A DNA stretch of 64,000 bases, from NCBI RefSeq assembly GCF_009914755.1, contig NC_060941.1; one strand, written 5' to 3'. A model generated the notes under the pieces. The model was not told the DNA's origin. It did no database searches and saw only the letters and a program-made list of their open reading frames with translations. Positions 15,307 through 32,280 of the stretch are shown here, one piece after another; the first letter of the stretch is position 1; each line of letters starts with the position of its first letter. The translations under genes were made by a program, and so were the position numbers. This stretch comes from the human T2T-CHM13v2.0 reference genome, Homo sapiens.

Positions 15307-17057
15307 CTGTTAGGGCCAAAGTTAAGTATATTACAACCACGTACTCCTAATCCTGGGGACATTCCTATCAATGATAACAACAGTCAGAGAGTACTTAGAA
15401 AACTACTGCCTCCTCATCCTGTGTTTGTGGTTACAGCCCTAAGAAACAGTATGTAATCATAAACCACTTAGTACATCATTTGAGGAAAAATGATTTAGCT
15501 CTCAAAATGAAATCATAAAATTAGAATTAGAATGGAGATAATCTAGAGCAGAAATTCTTAGGAAGGAATGAAGAAGCAGTAAATGAATATTAATAGGAAA
15601 ACTCAGAAACAGCTTATGATGCTCTCTCCTTAACAGCACAAACACTGATATATTAATGGTTACCACCTAAACTGGGAACAATTTTACTAGAATTAGTTTT
15701 AAGTACACTAAAATTAAAACTAATAGCACGCTTGACTACAAAATAGCAAGAACTCATATCTAAGCAATCAACAGCTGGACTGGAACACAACAGTATAGGA
15801 ATAAAACTGCCTATTTGTTACAATCATTTCAAGCAACCTAACAAATGAGCTGAGTTTAATATAAAGAGTTTCATATTTTACTGGCAGCTTCCTATACTAA
15901 CACATTTAAAAAAAAACAAGGTTTCCCTAAAAACTCCAGGCCACCAAGGATCTAGCTAGAGCCAGAGATGAGAACAGAGACTATAGGTTATTGAAAACCT
16001 AATCCAATCATGTGGATTCAGTCATCATTCAAACACAAGAACACGTACTCTATGCCAGGAAAGACAATTAAGGTGATAGGAACAGGAATAAGACATGGTC
16101 CCTGTCCTCAAAACACTCATAAACGTAGGGGAAAGATGTAAATGTATAATTAAATTGAACATCACTCCCTCTCCAAAAATGGATTTTCTTCATTTCATTG
16201 AAAAGTAGCAATATCTGTTTAGCTCCCTAAGAATAAATGCAATAAATTAATAGCAACACTTTGTAAGAAAGGCACTAGCAATTTGGAGTTAGAAAGGCCT
16301 TCGTTTAAAACTGGCCCTTCCCCATTAGTATCAGTACGACCATGAGCAAGTGACATGTCTGGCTTTCAGCGCATCAGTGGAGGGTTCAGCACTAGGCAAA
16401 CTGCACGACTATGGACAGAAAGGAATTCAGGGAACAATAAGCAACATGATTTGGACAGAGATTCCAGTGTAGGGATGATGCAGAGGGAAGTGAAGCTGAA
16501 TGCGCAGCATACACCTGGTCATGCCAGGAACTCAGATGCCATGCAAAAGACTGGGTGCTGGATTCTGCATGAGTTTTAGACAAATCACTCAGGTGGAGGT
16601 ATGGAGACTGACTGGAAAGGAGCCAACTCAAAGGCATCTAGTCAAATGGGGATAATTTAATAATTAATAGGGTTGGGGTCACGGTTAGAAATAGGTAAGA
16701 TTAAATCTATTCAGAGTCCACAGTGCTTGGTATACAGTAAGCATTCAAATGTTGGCTGAATCAATGGATGACCCTTTCCCCTAGACAAAAACATTAAAAA
16801 AAAAATCTAGAAAGATTTAATTTCAAGAATAATGAACAAATATTTTCTAACCTATTTAAATATGATATTATAAATATTTTCTTTTTGCTAAAATACACTA
16901 GCATTAGATGAGTAGGAAAAGAGACAAATGATCCTCTAAGAATGCCATCCAGACATAAAAGCCCAAAGTTCTGAGAAAAACGGCAACAACTGAAGGAAAT
17001 GTTAAAGCATGAGCACCCACGCCATGAATGGTTGCTGTCACTAGGAAGCACACTTAC

Positions 17058-17201
17058 CTCTGCTCTGCAGGCTCTGCGCCCCTCTGAGACAAGAGCAGCA
17101 AGCTGTCCTGTTTCTCATGCACAACCGGAACCTGGGGTGGGGAGATGGGCTCGTAGGGCTCCGAAGAGACGTGACTCCTCTCTGGGGATTTTCCAGGCCT
17201 A
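17058..17201 (-). CDS. NCOR1: NCOR1 exon ~41 (SRPGKSPERSHVSSEPYEPISPP...AEQR)
   Basis: 144 nt, TAGTAG tandem acceptor, gtaagt donor, phase 2-2. Confidence 0.95.
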
Positions 17202-17797
17202 CTATTGTAATATGTGAAATATTAGATTGTGTTTCAAAGGCTAACCTGGGACTTACCTAAACAGAAACTTGTTAACTCATGACTTCATTCAGGAGAAGGA
17301 GCAAAAGCTGCCAATTTCTATCAGAAAAAAAGTTGCCTCAGGTATTCACTATATACATAGTTAAAACAAACAAACAACAACAAAAAAAACCACTGTGTTA
17401 CTGCCACTTGACCCATGCGCGCCCCGTGGATCCAGGAGTCACGTCATCAGACAGTGCTGCCCGGGCAGCAGCAGTGGCAGAAGCTGCGTCCTTGAGGCTC
17501 CGCATGTCCTTCAACATCAGACACCATCTCACCCTTGGCTCCTTAGTCCAGGTGAAACCTCAAGGGTTTTCCTACCTATTTTGAGTCGACTGACCAGTTC
17601 TTTCATCGTCAAGTTAAAGATAAAGGACTTCAGTACTAAACTGACACCCAAGAAGTTTTATCAGGTGAGTCAACATAGGTTCTAGTTACACTATATTATG
17701 GCAGAGGGGTTCTCTGCAATTTTATATTTTTTCTCTGGATACCATTTGGTAAGAATAATATAAGATAGACACACTGTTTAGCTCCCACCCATTTATC

Positions 17798-19350
<1,553 letters not shown>

Positions 19351-19842
19351 TGCCTATTTTAATTTTGTCCATTTTGCCTTTACATAGCATACTTCAGCCT
19401 TTTATATTTTCTTTTTTAAAAATGAAGAAATTAGCACACATACCCTTACTTCTCCATCTCTTTCCTATGCAACCCTCACCTCCCAATATCTGTCAGCCAT
19501 TTTTAAGATTTATTGCATCACATCCTTTTCTAGAACTACAGAGAAACTCCTCTGTGTTTTGCTTATAAAAATCACTCCATACAATTACATAGAAATTCAA
19601 TAACCTGCTCCTGGAGTACATAATGAAATAAAGGCAGAAAGCAAGTTTTTTTAAACTAATGAGAACAAAGATACAACGTACCAGAATCTCTGGGACACAG
19701 CTAAGGCAGTGTTGACAGGGAAATTTATAGCACTAAATATCCACATCAAAAAGTTAGAAAGATCTCAAGTTAACAAGCTAACATCACAACCAAGAGCAAA
19801 CAAATCCCAAAGCTAGCAGAAGACAAGAAATAACCAAAACTG

Positions 19843-20537
<695 letters not shown>

Positions 20538-22594
20538 CAGAATCTGGTTTTTAGAAAAAATTAATAAAACAGACTGCTAGCTAAGACTAATAGAGAAGAT
20601 TCAAATAAACACAATCAGAAATGACAAGGAATATTACCACTGACCCCACAGAAACACAAACAATCATAAGAAAATATTATGAACACCTTTATGCATATAA
20701 CCTAGGAAATCTAAAAGAAATGGATAAATTTCTGGTCACATACACCCTCCTAAAACTGAACCAGGAAAAAACTGATTCCCTGAACAGACCAATAACATGC
20801 TCTGAAATTGAGTCAGTAATAAATAGCCTACCACCCAAAAAAAGCCCATGACCAGACACATTCACTGCTGAATTCTACCAGATGTACAAAAAGAGCTGGC
20901 ACCATTCCTACTGAAAATATTCCAAACATTAAGGAAGGACTCCTCCCTATCTCATTCTATGAGGCCAGCATCATCCTGATACCAAAACTTGGCAGAGACA
21001 CAACAATAAAAAGAAAACTTCCGGCCAATATCCTTGATGAACATGAATGCAAAAATCCTCAACAAAATACTGGCAAACCAAACCCAGCAAAATATTAAAA
21101 AGCTTATCCACCACAATCAAGTAGATGTTATCCCTAGGATGCAAGGTTGGTTCAATATACACAAATATCAATAGATGCAGAAAAGGCTTTCAATAAAATT
21201 CAGTACCCTTTCATGTTAAAAACTCTCAGTAAACTAGATATTGAAGGAACATACCTCAACATAATAAAAGAGCCATATATGAAAACCCACAGCCAACATC
21301 ATACTGAATGGGCAAAAGCTGGAAGCATTCCTCTTGAAAGCCAGCACACAACAAGGATGCCCTCTGTCACCACTTTTATTCAACATCCTATTGGAAGTCT
21401 TGACCAGGGTGATCAGGCAAGGGAACGAAAGAAAGGGCATCCAAATAGGAAGAAAGGAAATCAAACTATCTCTGTTTGCAGACATAATCCCATATCTAGA
21501 AAACTCCATAGTCTCAGCCCCAAAGGTCCTTAAGCTGATGAAACAACTTCAGCAAAGTCTCAGGATACATCAGTGTGCAAAAAATCACTAGCGTTCCTAT
21601 ACACCAATGAGAGCCAAGCCAAGAGCCAAATAAGGAATGCAATTCGATTCACAACTGCCACAAAAATAATAAAATACCTAGGAATACAGCTAACCAGGGA
21701 GGTGAAAGATCTCTACAAGGGGAACTACAAAACACTTCTCAAAGAGATAAAAGATGAAAAGATAAAAAATGAAAAAACATTCCATGCTCATGGATAGGAA
21801 GAATCAATATCATTAAAATGGCCGTACTGCCCAATGCAATTCACAAATTCAATGCTATTCCTATTAAACTACCGAAGACATTCTTCACAGAACTACAAAA
21901 AACTATTTTAAAATTAATATAGATCCAAAAAAGAGCCTGAATAGCCAAGGCAATACTAAGCAAAAAGAACAAAGCTGTAGGTGTCATACTACCTGACTTC
22001 AAACTATAATACAGGGCTACAGTAACCAAAACAGCATTGTATTGGTACAAAGATAAGACACACAGACCAATGGAACAGAACAGAGAACCCAGAAATAAGG
22101 CCTCACACCTACAACTGTCTGATCTTCGACAAACCTGACAAAAACAAGCAATGAGGAAAGAATTCCCTATCAATAAATGGTGCTGGGATAACTGGCTATC
22201 ACATGCAGAAGACTGAAACTGGGCTTCTTCTTTATACCATATATATATAAAATTAACTCAAGATGGATTAAAGACTTAAATGTAAAAAAAAAAAAAAAAA
22301 AAAAAACTATAAAAACCTTGGAAGACAACCTAGGAAATACCTTTCAGGACATAGGCAGGGACAAAGATTTCATAACAAAGACACCAAAAGCAACTGGAAC
22401 AAAAACAAAAATTGACAAGTGGGATCTAATTTAAAGAGCTTCTGCACAGAAAAGGAAACTGTCAACAGAGTGAACAGACAACCTACAGAATGGGAGAAAA
22501 ATTTTGCAAACTATGCACCTGACAAAGGTCTAATATCCAGCATGTATAAAGAGCTTAAACAAATTTACAAGAAAAAAACAACTCCATTAAAGAG

Positions 22595-23173
<579 letters not shown>

Positions 23174-24519
23174 TCAAAACCAAAATGAGACACCATCTCA
23201 CACCAGTCAGAATGGCTATTAAAAAGTGAAAAAATAACAGATCCTGGCAAGACTGTGGAGAAAATGGAACACTTATACACTGTTGGTGGGAGTGTAAATT
23301 AGTTCAACCACTGTGGAAGACACTGTGGAAATTCCTCAAAGACCTAAATGCAGAACTACCACTCAACCCAACAATCCCATTACTGGGTATATACCCAAAG
23401 GAATATAAATCATTCTATTATAAAGACACATGCACATGTATGTTCACTGTAGCACTATTGACAACAGCAAAGACATGGAATCAACCCAAATGCCCATCAG
23501 TGATTGACTGGATAAAGACAATGTGGTACATATACACCATGGAATACTATGGAGCCATGAAAAAGAATGAGCTCCTGTCCTTTTCAGGGACATGGATGGA
23601 GCTGGAGGCCATTATCCTTAGCAAACTAACGCAAGAACAGAAAACCAAATACCACGTGTTCTCACTTATAAGCGGGAGCTAAATGGTGAGAACACACGGA
23701 CACATGGAAGAGAACAACACACACTAGGGCCTATTGGAGGATGGAGGGTGGGAGGAGAAGGCTCAGGAAAAAATAACTAATGGGTACCAGGCTTAATACC
23801 TGGGTGACAAAATAATCTTTACAACAAACCCCCACGACTCAAGTTTACCTATATAATAAACCTGCACATGTACTCCTGAACTTAAAATGAAAGTTAAATA
23901 AATAACTAAAATGAAAATCAGTTGATGCTGTTTTCTAACACCACAGATTGTGCAAACATTTTCATCAGGAATGGACCATGACAATGCTATATAGTTTTCC
24001 ATTTTTCTTTGATAATCACATTTCTTTTCTTTTTTTGGTTTTGTTTTGGCTGAAAGGGAATAAATGTGCTTTCATCTTATCCTTAAGGTTATCCAGCTGC
24101 GTCTAATGACTAAGTCCGAGATTTGCTTCAAAATTATCCAGTTTGGGGGTCGGGGCAAGCGGGGATGAAAATGAAACAAAACTCGTCATACACTGAGGAT
24201 TACCAAAATTGGGTGATGGATACCTAGAGGTGTATTATACTTGTTCTCTCTACTTTTGTATGTATTTGAAAACTTCCACAATAATTTTTTTTTTTAAAGA
24301 AGACCATTTAGCTTCTTATTTATATTCTTCTATCTGCTCTTTGCTCACTTTGATGGGTTGGTAGGTAGGCTGGAGAATCACTTCTGCTACAAATTTCTCT
24401 TTTTCAGGCTCTGAGCCATGGCTTCCATTACTCTGGCTCATGTGTCCTCTATGTCTTCAGGTATTTGCCAGAATCTTTGATCTGCCCATATCTCAGTCTT
24501 GTTCTCAGCATTCTTTTTA

Positions 24520-24841
<322 letters not shown>

Positions 24842-25060
24842 TAAATTTATTTCCCTTTGTGCTTGTTAACTATAATTTAACATTTGCTAATATTTAGTCT
24901 ACCACTTTGAAGCAAGAATCCTGTGTCCACTTTATTTTAACCAAACACAGAATATCAGGTAAGAAGATATGCTCTTTATCAGAGAGCCCTGGCATATAAC
25001 ATGTTTCCACTCATGATGCCACTATTGGCTTCCCTTTCCTTTATTTAAGGTCACCTTAAA

Positions 25061-25346
25061 ATATATATGTGTGTGTGTGCATATATATATGTGTGTGTAT
25101 CTATACATACATATATACATATATATATATATAAAATTATTCACTGACAGAAGTCTGAGGCCTAGAATAAAATATAAATGCAGAAGCAAGCAAACAAACA
25201 AACAAAAAATATATAAACTTTTTTTTTGTAGAGATGAGATCTCACTATGTTGCCCAGGCTGGTCTCAAATTCCTGGGCTCAAGCAATCCTCCTACCTCAG
25301 CCTCCCAAAGTGCTAGCATTACAGGTATAAGCCACTATGTCTGGCC
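25061..25346 (-). mobile_element. FLAM/Alu monomer (25219-25346) with (TA/TG)n tail and an embedded duplicated segment
   Basis: Alu left-arm reverse complement; microsatellite 25061-25132; flanking tcacctt repeats. Confidence 0.8.
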
Positions 25347-25726
25347 AATATCACCTTCTTAAACTTCTACTGATGCTGACCCAGTAGAAACCATTGAGAC
25401 AGATAAATATGAGAGGTATTATTCGGAAGCACCACTGAAGTGTCCCCAAACCACTACCAAACTACACATTCTTCTTAACTGTCTTTACAAACCAACAAAT
25501 AGAATATAATCATCTTTTGAATATACATTAAAAAGTCATAGTACCAAATGCCAAGACAGTGGACATTCTAAGAATAATATGCAGGGGGAAGAAAGCTCAT
25601 TTACACTTTCCTGGGAATAAAGGCAAATGAACTTTAGTTGTGAGAAACAAATTCCTTATCCTGTAGATATATTCCATTTGTTTTACTGTTGGGCAATTTA
25701 TATATAATTTGGAATAAAGATCATAC

Positions 25727-25950
25727 CTTCCCCTGGATTTGTCCACAAGATTTTCTGGAGAGACCCTTGAACCTGGTCTTTGATGATGGACAGACTGAGC
25801 CTGGGATTCTGGGCTGTAACGGTTTGATGTTTTAGTCCTCACAGGTGTAGATACCAAAGCAGAAGGTGAGTTCTGGAATGTAGAAGTAGGAGGCTGCTGG
25901 GGAGTCTGCGAGGAAACTTGATTTCTAGCAAAATCTTGTGTGATAATTTG
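25727..25950 (-). CDS. NCOR1: NCOR1 exon ~40 (QIITQDFARN...LVDKSRG); second half of a CoRNR box
   Basis: 224 nt, tcacag/gtatga boundaries, phase 0-2. Confidence 0.96.
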
Positions 25951-26119
25951 CTGTGAATGAGAAATGAAGGAAGTGGTAAAATTCATTGAGTACTTGCAAA
26001 AAAAAAATAGTATTAAGAAATCTAGATATCTTTATTATAAATTTCTTTTTCTATATGAAATCTGCTTTCCCCATGATCAAAAAAGAAAAATTAACTAATA
26101 AGAATAATGAAAAACTTAC

Positions 26120-26277
26120 ACAGATGTGATCAGCAAGTGTGATCAGCCGATGGGTCCTGGGCACTTGCCCCATTCCCTCTGCCTGTGAAGAAGGGGGCAG
26201 CTGTTGTTGGGGAGATGGTGATTCCTGCTGTGGTCGATAGTGATGTAATGGTCCTTCATATTGTCTGGTAGGATCAT
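26120..26277 (-). CDS. NCOR1: NCOR1 exon ~39 (DPTRQYEGPLHHY...RLITLADHIC); first half of a CoRNR box
   Basis: 158 nt, cctag/gtaagt boundaries, phase 1-0. Confidence 0.96.
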
Positions 26278-26683
26278 CTAGGAGAGAACACATAGATGTC
26301 TTACTCCAGGAATGTCTGTGCTTTTCACTCATTATCAAAGATTAAATATAATTCAGAAGAACACCTGAAAGGATGTGGTACATAGCTCCAAACAAAGAAC
26401 TTATCTTAATTTTGGAGAAAAAAAAAATTATTCACTGAAGAAGTCTGAGGACTAGTGGAACAAAATATAAATGCAGAAGTAAGCAAACAAAATTAATATA
26501 AACAATTTTCTGTATCATTAAAAAATAAAAAAGAATCGATTGCTGTTTCTAAAGAAGGCTCATGTAAGATTACCCTAAAACAAACAAAACAAGTTAATTC
26601 TTACTATGGTCTAGACAGATAATTAGAAGCAAATGATAAATGCAAATATGAAAACATGTAAATGGTAGCTTAAGAAGACATAC

Positions 26684-26812
26684 TTTCCGCTTGATTTGCC
26701 TTAACAACCTCTGGCTGATAGGTCTGCAGTTTCTCCTGGGGTGGCGCAGGTGAGCTGGCAGGACTTATCACCTCAATAGCATCGCTAGGTGTTTCATACC
26801 TGTGAGAAGATA
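26684..26812 (-). CDS. NCOR1: NCOR1 exon ~38 (SSHRYETPSDAIEVISP...KANQAE)
   Basis: 129 nt, ttaaag/gtatgt boundaries, phase 1-1; translated by hand. Confidence 0.94.
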
Positions 26813-26934
26813 CTTTAAGAAAAGAAAATCTTATTTCAAAACTAATCCCAGGAAAAGTTTCTGAAGTCTAAGTTCTTCACACCTGTAGCATTTTTTCAAT
26901 TCTGATCCACCATGTTCAAAGGTATTCCAGGTTA

Positions 26935-27290
<356 letters not shown>

Positions 27291-29613
27291 ACATGTTTTA
27301 AAGCCCAATAATAAACACTGGAATGAGGCAGAACAGAGAACAGATTTATGATATTTTCCTGGGAGCTGGAAAAGAAATCACCAGGGAAACATTTATGGAA
27401 GAGGTTAATAAACAAATGAGGGAGTAGATCTCAATAACTGATTCCAATGATTCCAATTCTGTGGGACACTCTGTTCTTAGAAAAACGCTGAGGCTATAAA
27501 GCTGCTTCATTCACCACCATGATGATTTTAAAGCTATGGATTATATAACACTATATAATGATTTTCTCAAATAAATGGAGTATTGCTAACAAAACTTACT
27601 CCAAACATTAATAATTTTTTAGCACTGTGTTACATTGTGAAAATAACCAGAAATGGTAGAGAATGTCTGAAGGGAAGTATATTCCCAGAAAGGGAGGATG
27701 TCAACCAACTCTGGAGGATACCCACATCAGAAAAGGACCTCCTCTAAGACACAGTTCCCAAGTAAACAGAGGGCTATGCAGTGGGGCTAACAGGCAGCTT
27801 TTCACAGTCCTGCCATAGCCTCAGAGCTGACAGTTGGGAGCAGATGTAACCGCCTGCTCAGGAACCTCTGAATTCAGAGGGCTCTTCACATCCACAAACT
27901 GCACTACAGAATCTGAGAGCACTGTCAGAGCTCCAAAGGGTGCATGGCCCTGGGCTGGACACAGATGCAGCAGGTGGGAATGAACTCTGCTCCCTAGCCA
28001 CCACCTGCTCCTCTGGTACTCAACAGTCCTTCCTATCCCCACCAGGTCATGGAAACTGCAGCTACCTGGGTTCTAGTACACTTAGGAGATTGGAAACTTG
28101 ATAAATGGAACAGAAATGATCATTGAGAAACTAAAATAAATCACTATATTCTAAGAAGTTTACAGTAATTTGTGACTTTTGTATCCACTGTTACTCATCA
28201 CTGTTTATGTATTCAACATCCTAAATCTGGTTACAACTTCCAATATTCACTCAGTAGAAAGTCGGAATCCAAACCGTGTTCACATTGTTCTTGAAGCCTT
28301 AAGGGGCAAGACTATGGCAATGGACCTCCCCTTCAGGATGAGGAAGGTTCTCAAGAGTCAAACTGAAAACCACACTGAAGAACTGTACATAGCCTTTGGA
28401 CATCATGGAATTCACTGACCAGTGATAAAAAAGATAACCACACACAGAGACATGGACACTCAGAAAAGATGAGCTTTCTATTTTCACACCTTCTGAAAAT
28501 CAAATTCCTAAAGCAAGGTTTGGTTTGTGATGCAAACTGAAAAGAAATGTTTAATCCAATGATTAAGGAACCCATGTGCTATACCATTCAATAAGCCCAG
28601 GTGGGATCTCCCAGTGTGCCGGTGACTTCCCTTCAAAAGACCTATTCATACAACTATAGAATATCTCTTTCTCAGCTAGCAATTTTCTGCATGCAGAAAA
28701 TCTATATTGCAGATTTTCCTAATCTCAGGTTAAAAGAAGTCTTTTGTCTACACAACACTAACTCTCTCTCTAAAAGCCTCAGCAATGCGGTAGATATGAC
28801 GTAAACAAATTATAATTAAGCTAGTGGATACTCAGAGATCAAAAGAACTGCACATTGCATTCTGGAGCATGAGAAATCATTTTTTTTTTCATGATGTCTA
28901 ACTCTACTGAATTTATTCAATGGAGATAACAGAAAGATGATTATATATGATTAAATTACTTCCAGTATTAGCAGATGCTTATTTAAATACTTGCTTGTTC
29001 TTTCTGCAATTCCACATAGAATTAAGGCAATAGTTTAAAAGAAAATTTAAAAAGTAACTTTTCTAGCATTTTAATGTAGACCTGTGAATTCTAACACATT
29101 TGCAGTGTAGCCATCCTAATGACTAACCAGACTTGAACAAAATCCAACTTGCAAAAACGATGCAATATAAATACCAATCACCAATAATAGGTAGTCTCAC
29201 TTTTAAAAACCTGTGTCTTAGAAAAAGGATATTAGAGGCTTTGGGGTATTGGCATAAATATAGAACCATGTCCTAGCAAATGCTTCCTGAGAAATTACAC
29301 CTCAGTAGCCCAGAGCCTGGCGATATATCCATTACCTTTCAGATGCCTAAATATGTTAATAAGGTCTGCCTTCTACTTTCCAAATTTAATTACATGAATG
29401 ATACAGTTTTCTTGTGGAAGATACATTGATAGGCTTATATGTAGGAAACTGGGATATTTAAATAATCATAAAAACAGCAGAAGATACATTTTTGCATTAC
29501 ATTTACTATCAACCGTTAGGATTTTTAAATACCATATAGTTCTACTTGACCTAAAGAATAAAGTAATTCTTTACTCAGACATCACATTGTGAAACTCGGA
29601 TTGAGATACATAC

Positions 29614-30107
29614 AGCTACTAGAAGAGTCTGAACTTTGAGAGCCACGTTCCCTCGCATCCTTGTCCGAGGCAATTTGCCGGGTGATGATCACGTCTATGA
29701 AGTTAGCTGCAGTAATGGTAGTCTTCCCTCTGGTCCTTAGCTCTTCCTCATATCTGGATTTTGGAGGAGGCCCTTTATCTTTCCCAGCCTCAGAATAAAC
29801 TACTGAAGAATGAGGCTGGGGCTTGCCACTTGGAAAGGCTGAAGAAGTGTATAAACACTGAACAGATCTCTTCTCCACCTCCAGGGTTTTCTGCTCTAGC
29901 TGCTGCTGTTCACTAACTGCTGCTGACCTGCTTCTCAAATTTTCTTCTAACCTGGCAGCTTCATGCTTACTCTCTTTTGTTTTGGACACATCCATCTGGG
30001 GTGCAGAAGCTGCAGCATCCACAAGAGCAGCCAGGGCATCCGCAGCAGTGTTGTAACGGGAGGCTGGCAGGCCTTGGCTTATTGAAGGGCCCCCAGCAGG
30101 CAGTGGC
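29614..30107 (-). CDS. NCOR1: NCOR1 exon ~37 (PLPAGGPS...ITAANFIDVIITRQI...SDSSSS); third CoRNR box; internal alternative donor at 29970
   Basis: 494 nt, ttacag/gtatgt boundaries, phase 2-1. Confidence 0.97.
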
Positions 30108-30317
30108 CTGTAAATAAAACCAAATCACAGCTCTGTGAAGGGAAGACCATTTGCTGGGAATGTGGTGGGGAGATGGAAGGACAAACTGCAACAACAACAA
30201 AAAAAGCCTTCATGGCATGGGCAGAAAAGCATGACTATACTTAGACTATTGCAGTCACAAATTTTAAAATGTATATGCAAGAGACATTTTTTGTCAAAAT
30301 ATGTACAAGAGACTGAC

Positions 30318-30483
30318 ATGATTCGTAGCTGAGCAGTTGGATCCAAAGGTGTGATTACACTGGTTCCATTGGTTCCTTGGAAAACACTGGGTCTCTGTTG
30401 CAACATGGTCTCCTGAGTTCTTACTGAAGGGGAAGGGGAGCGAACATATCCATGACTGCCAGGTCGGCCAGGCTGTTCTGAGC
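30318..30483 (-). CDS. NCOR1: NCOR1 exon ~36 (SEQPGRPGSHGY...TAQLRIM)
   Basis: 166 nt, ctgcag/gtcagt boundaries, phase 1-2. Confidence 0.96.
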
Positions 30484-31404
30484 CTGCAGAGGTGAAAAAG
30501 AGAAAGAAACAAAGACATAAGGAGGAAGCCAGAGACAAAAGGAAGCAATGCTTATGGATTGTTTATTTCCTAACATACCTAAATAGAAAAAAGAAAAACA
30601 AGATAAGAAACTTGATAGTCTACTTTCTGGCCTTTCCAGAAATATGTTCTAAAAGTGTCCAAATAAAGATGCAATAAAACCGCAGCAGTAACTTGAAACA
30701 AAACATCAGCCATCATTTACTGTCATTTCCATTTCTCTGATAAATTTCAATCTTGATTCCATAAATAAAACAGCACCAACAAGAAGTACTACTACAAATC
30801 ATATAAGTTCATCTTTCTGATTTTTCCTCAAACTCTAGTGTGTATATGATTTCCAAAATCTAATCAGGCACAACTTTCTAAGCATCATAATGAAAATAAT
30901 ATACCACTGCTACACTAGGGTTTGAGACTGTTTCATTCAACCACAGTTTGCCCTGCTTCACTTCTTCACTGTCCCCTTCACAGGTGACTCTTTCTCTCAG
31001 CAAGCTCTCTCTTTTGAAATGAAATCATTCACATTATCTTCCCACAAAACACTTGGCTCCCACAATTACACTTCTACAATATTTGGTATGTTTTTGTTCA
31101 CTTAACCCTAACTCTCCCATAACCAAGTCAGAGCTTGGACTTGGTAAGAACTACTTCACGCAGAGGATTCTGAACTCTCAAATCCCTCCCCAGTCACTTT
31201 CTTCTTGACCTCATCTTGTTCTGTGTCCTCACTCCAACCTTCTAACGTGCTCACTGGCTTCATAACAGCTAGCTGTTTTATGTTTTAGCACACACCCCTC
31301 TTCTCACAGACACCACCACCTCAGCCAGGCTTCTCAGCAGTTTTCTCCCTTCTAACCATTCATCAGCTTATATGAATATTTATTTTTTTAATTAAATTAA
31401 AAAA

Positions 31405-31694
31405 TTTTTAAGAGACAGCATCACACTCTGTCACCCAGGATGGAGTGCAGTGACACTCCATAGCTCACTGCAGCCTCAAACTCCTGGCTTCAAGGGATCA
31501 TCCTACTTCATCCTCCTGAGTAGCTAGGACTACAGGTGCACACCACGGCTGCTGGCTAATTTTTTATATATATATTTTAGAGACAGGGTCTCACCATGTT
31601 GCTGAGGCTGGTCTTGAATTCCTGGCCTCAAGCAATCCTCCTGCCTTGGCCTCCTGAGTAGCTGGGATTATAGGCATGAGCCACCATGCCCAGC
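31405..31694 (-). mobile_element. AluJ-like
   Basis: Diverged reverse Alu. Confidence 0.88.
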
Positions 31695-32280
31695 TTATCT
31701 GAGTATTTCTATGGGATATATTCCTAGACGTGGAATTACTAGACAAAAGAGTATTTAAAATTTTTATCTCCACAGAGGCTACATCCGGGACCAGCCATAC
31801 CCACTCTTCAGGGTTTTAATCCATCTATTCCACTCGTGTAAATGTCCCTCTGATCATGTCACCTGCCTCCTGGACACAACATTTCACTGTAATTCAAGAT
31901 GCTACACAAGCTGCTAACTGTATTTTCCATTCCTCCTCTAAACTCAAGCTCAACAACACCTTTATATCTAGGAGTTTTTGCTAGGGCTGTTCTTTCAGCC
32001 TTGAAAGCTCTGTGACCAATATCTTCAGGCCCAACTGCAGTCCACTGTTTGCACCAAATAAAAATGATACCTTCATCATGAAAACATTTTTCCGTGTAAA
32101 ATTCACGTTTCCACCATCTCAGCTGCTACAGCACTTTCACCTGTTTTTCACTTGGGGCCTGTAATAACGTTGTCTTAGAATTTTTGTTTCCATCAAAACT
32201 TTTTGTGCGCAGCATTAAGCACAGTGTACAAGATTACTAAGATGTGTCCAGAGAATGGAAGAGCAGTGCCTTTCACTGAC

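Noticed and set aside
27865-27880. Perfect 16-bp palindrome cctctgaattcagagg
   Set aside because: About one is expected by chance in 64 kb, and there is no supporting context
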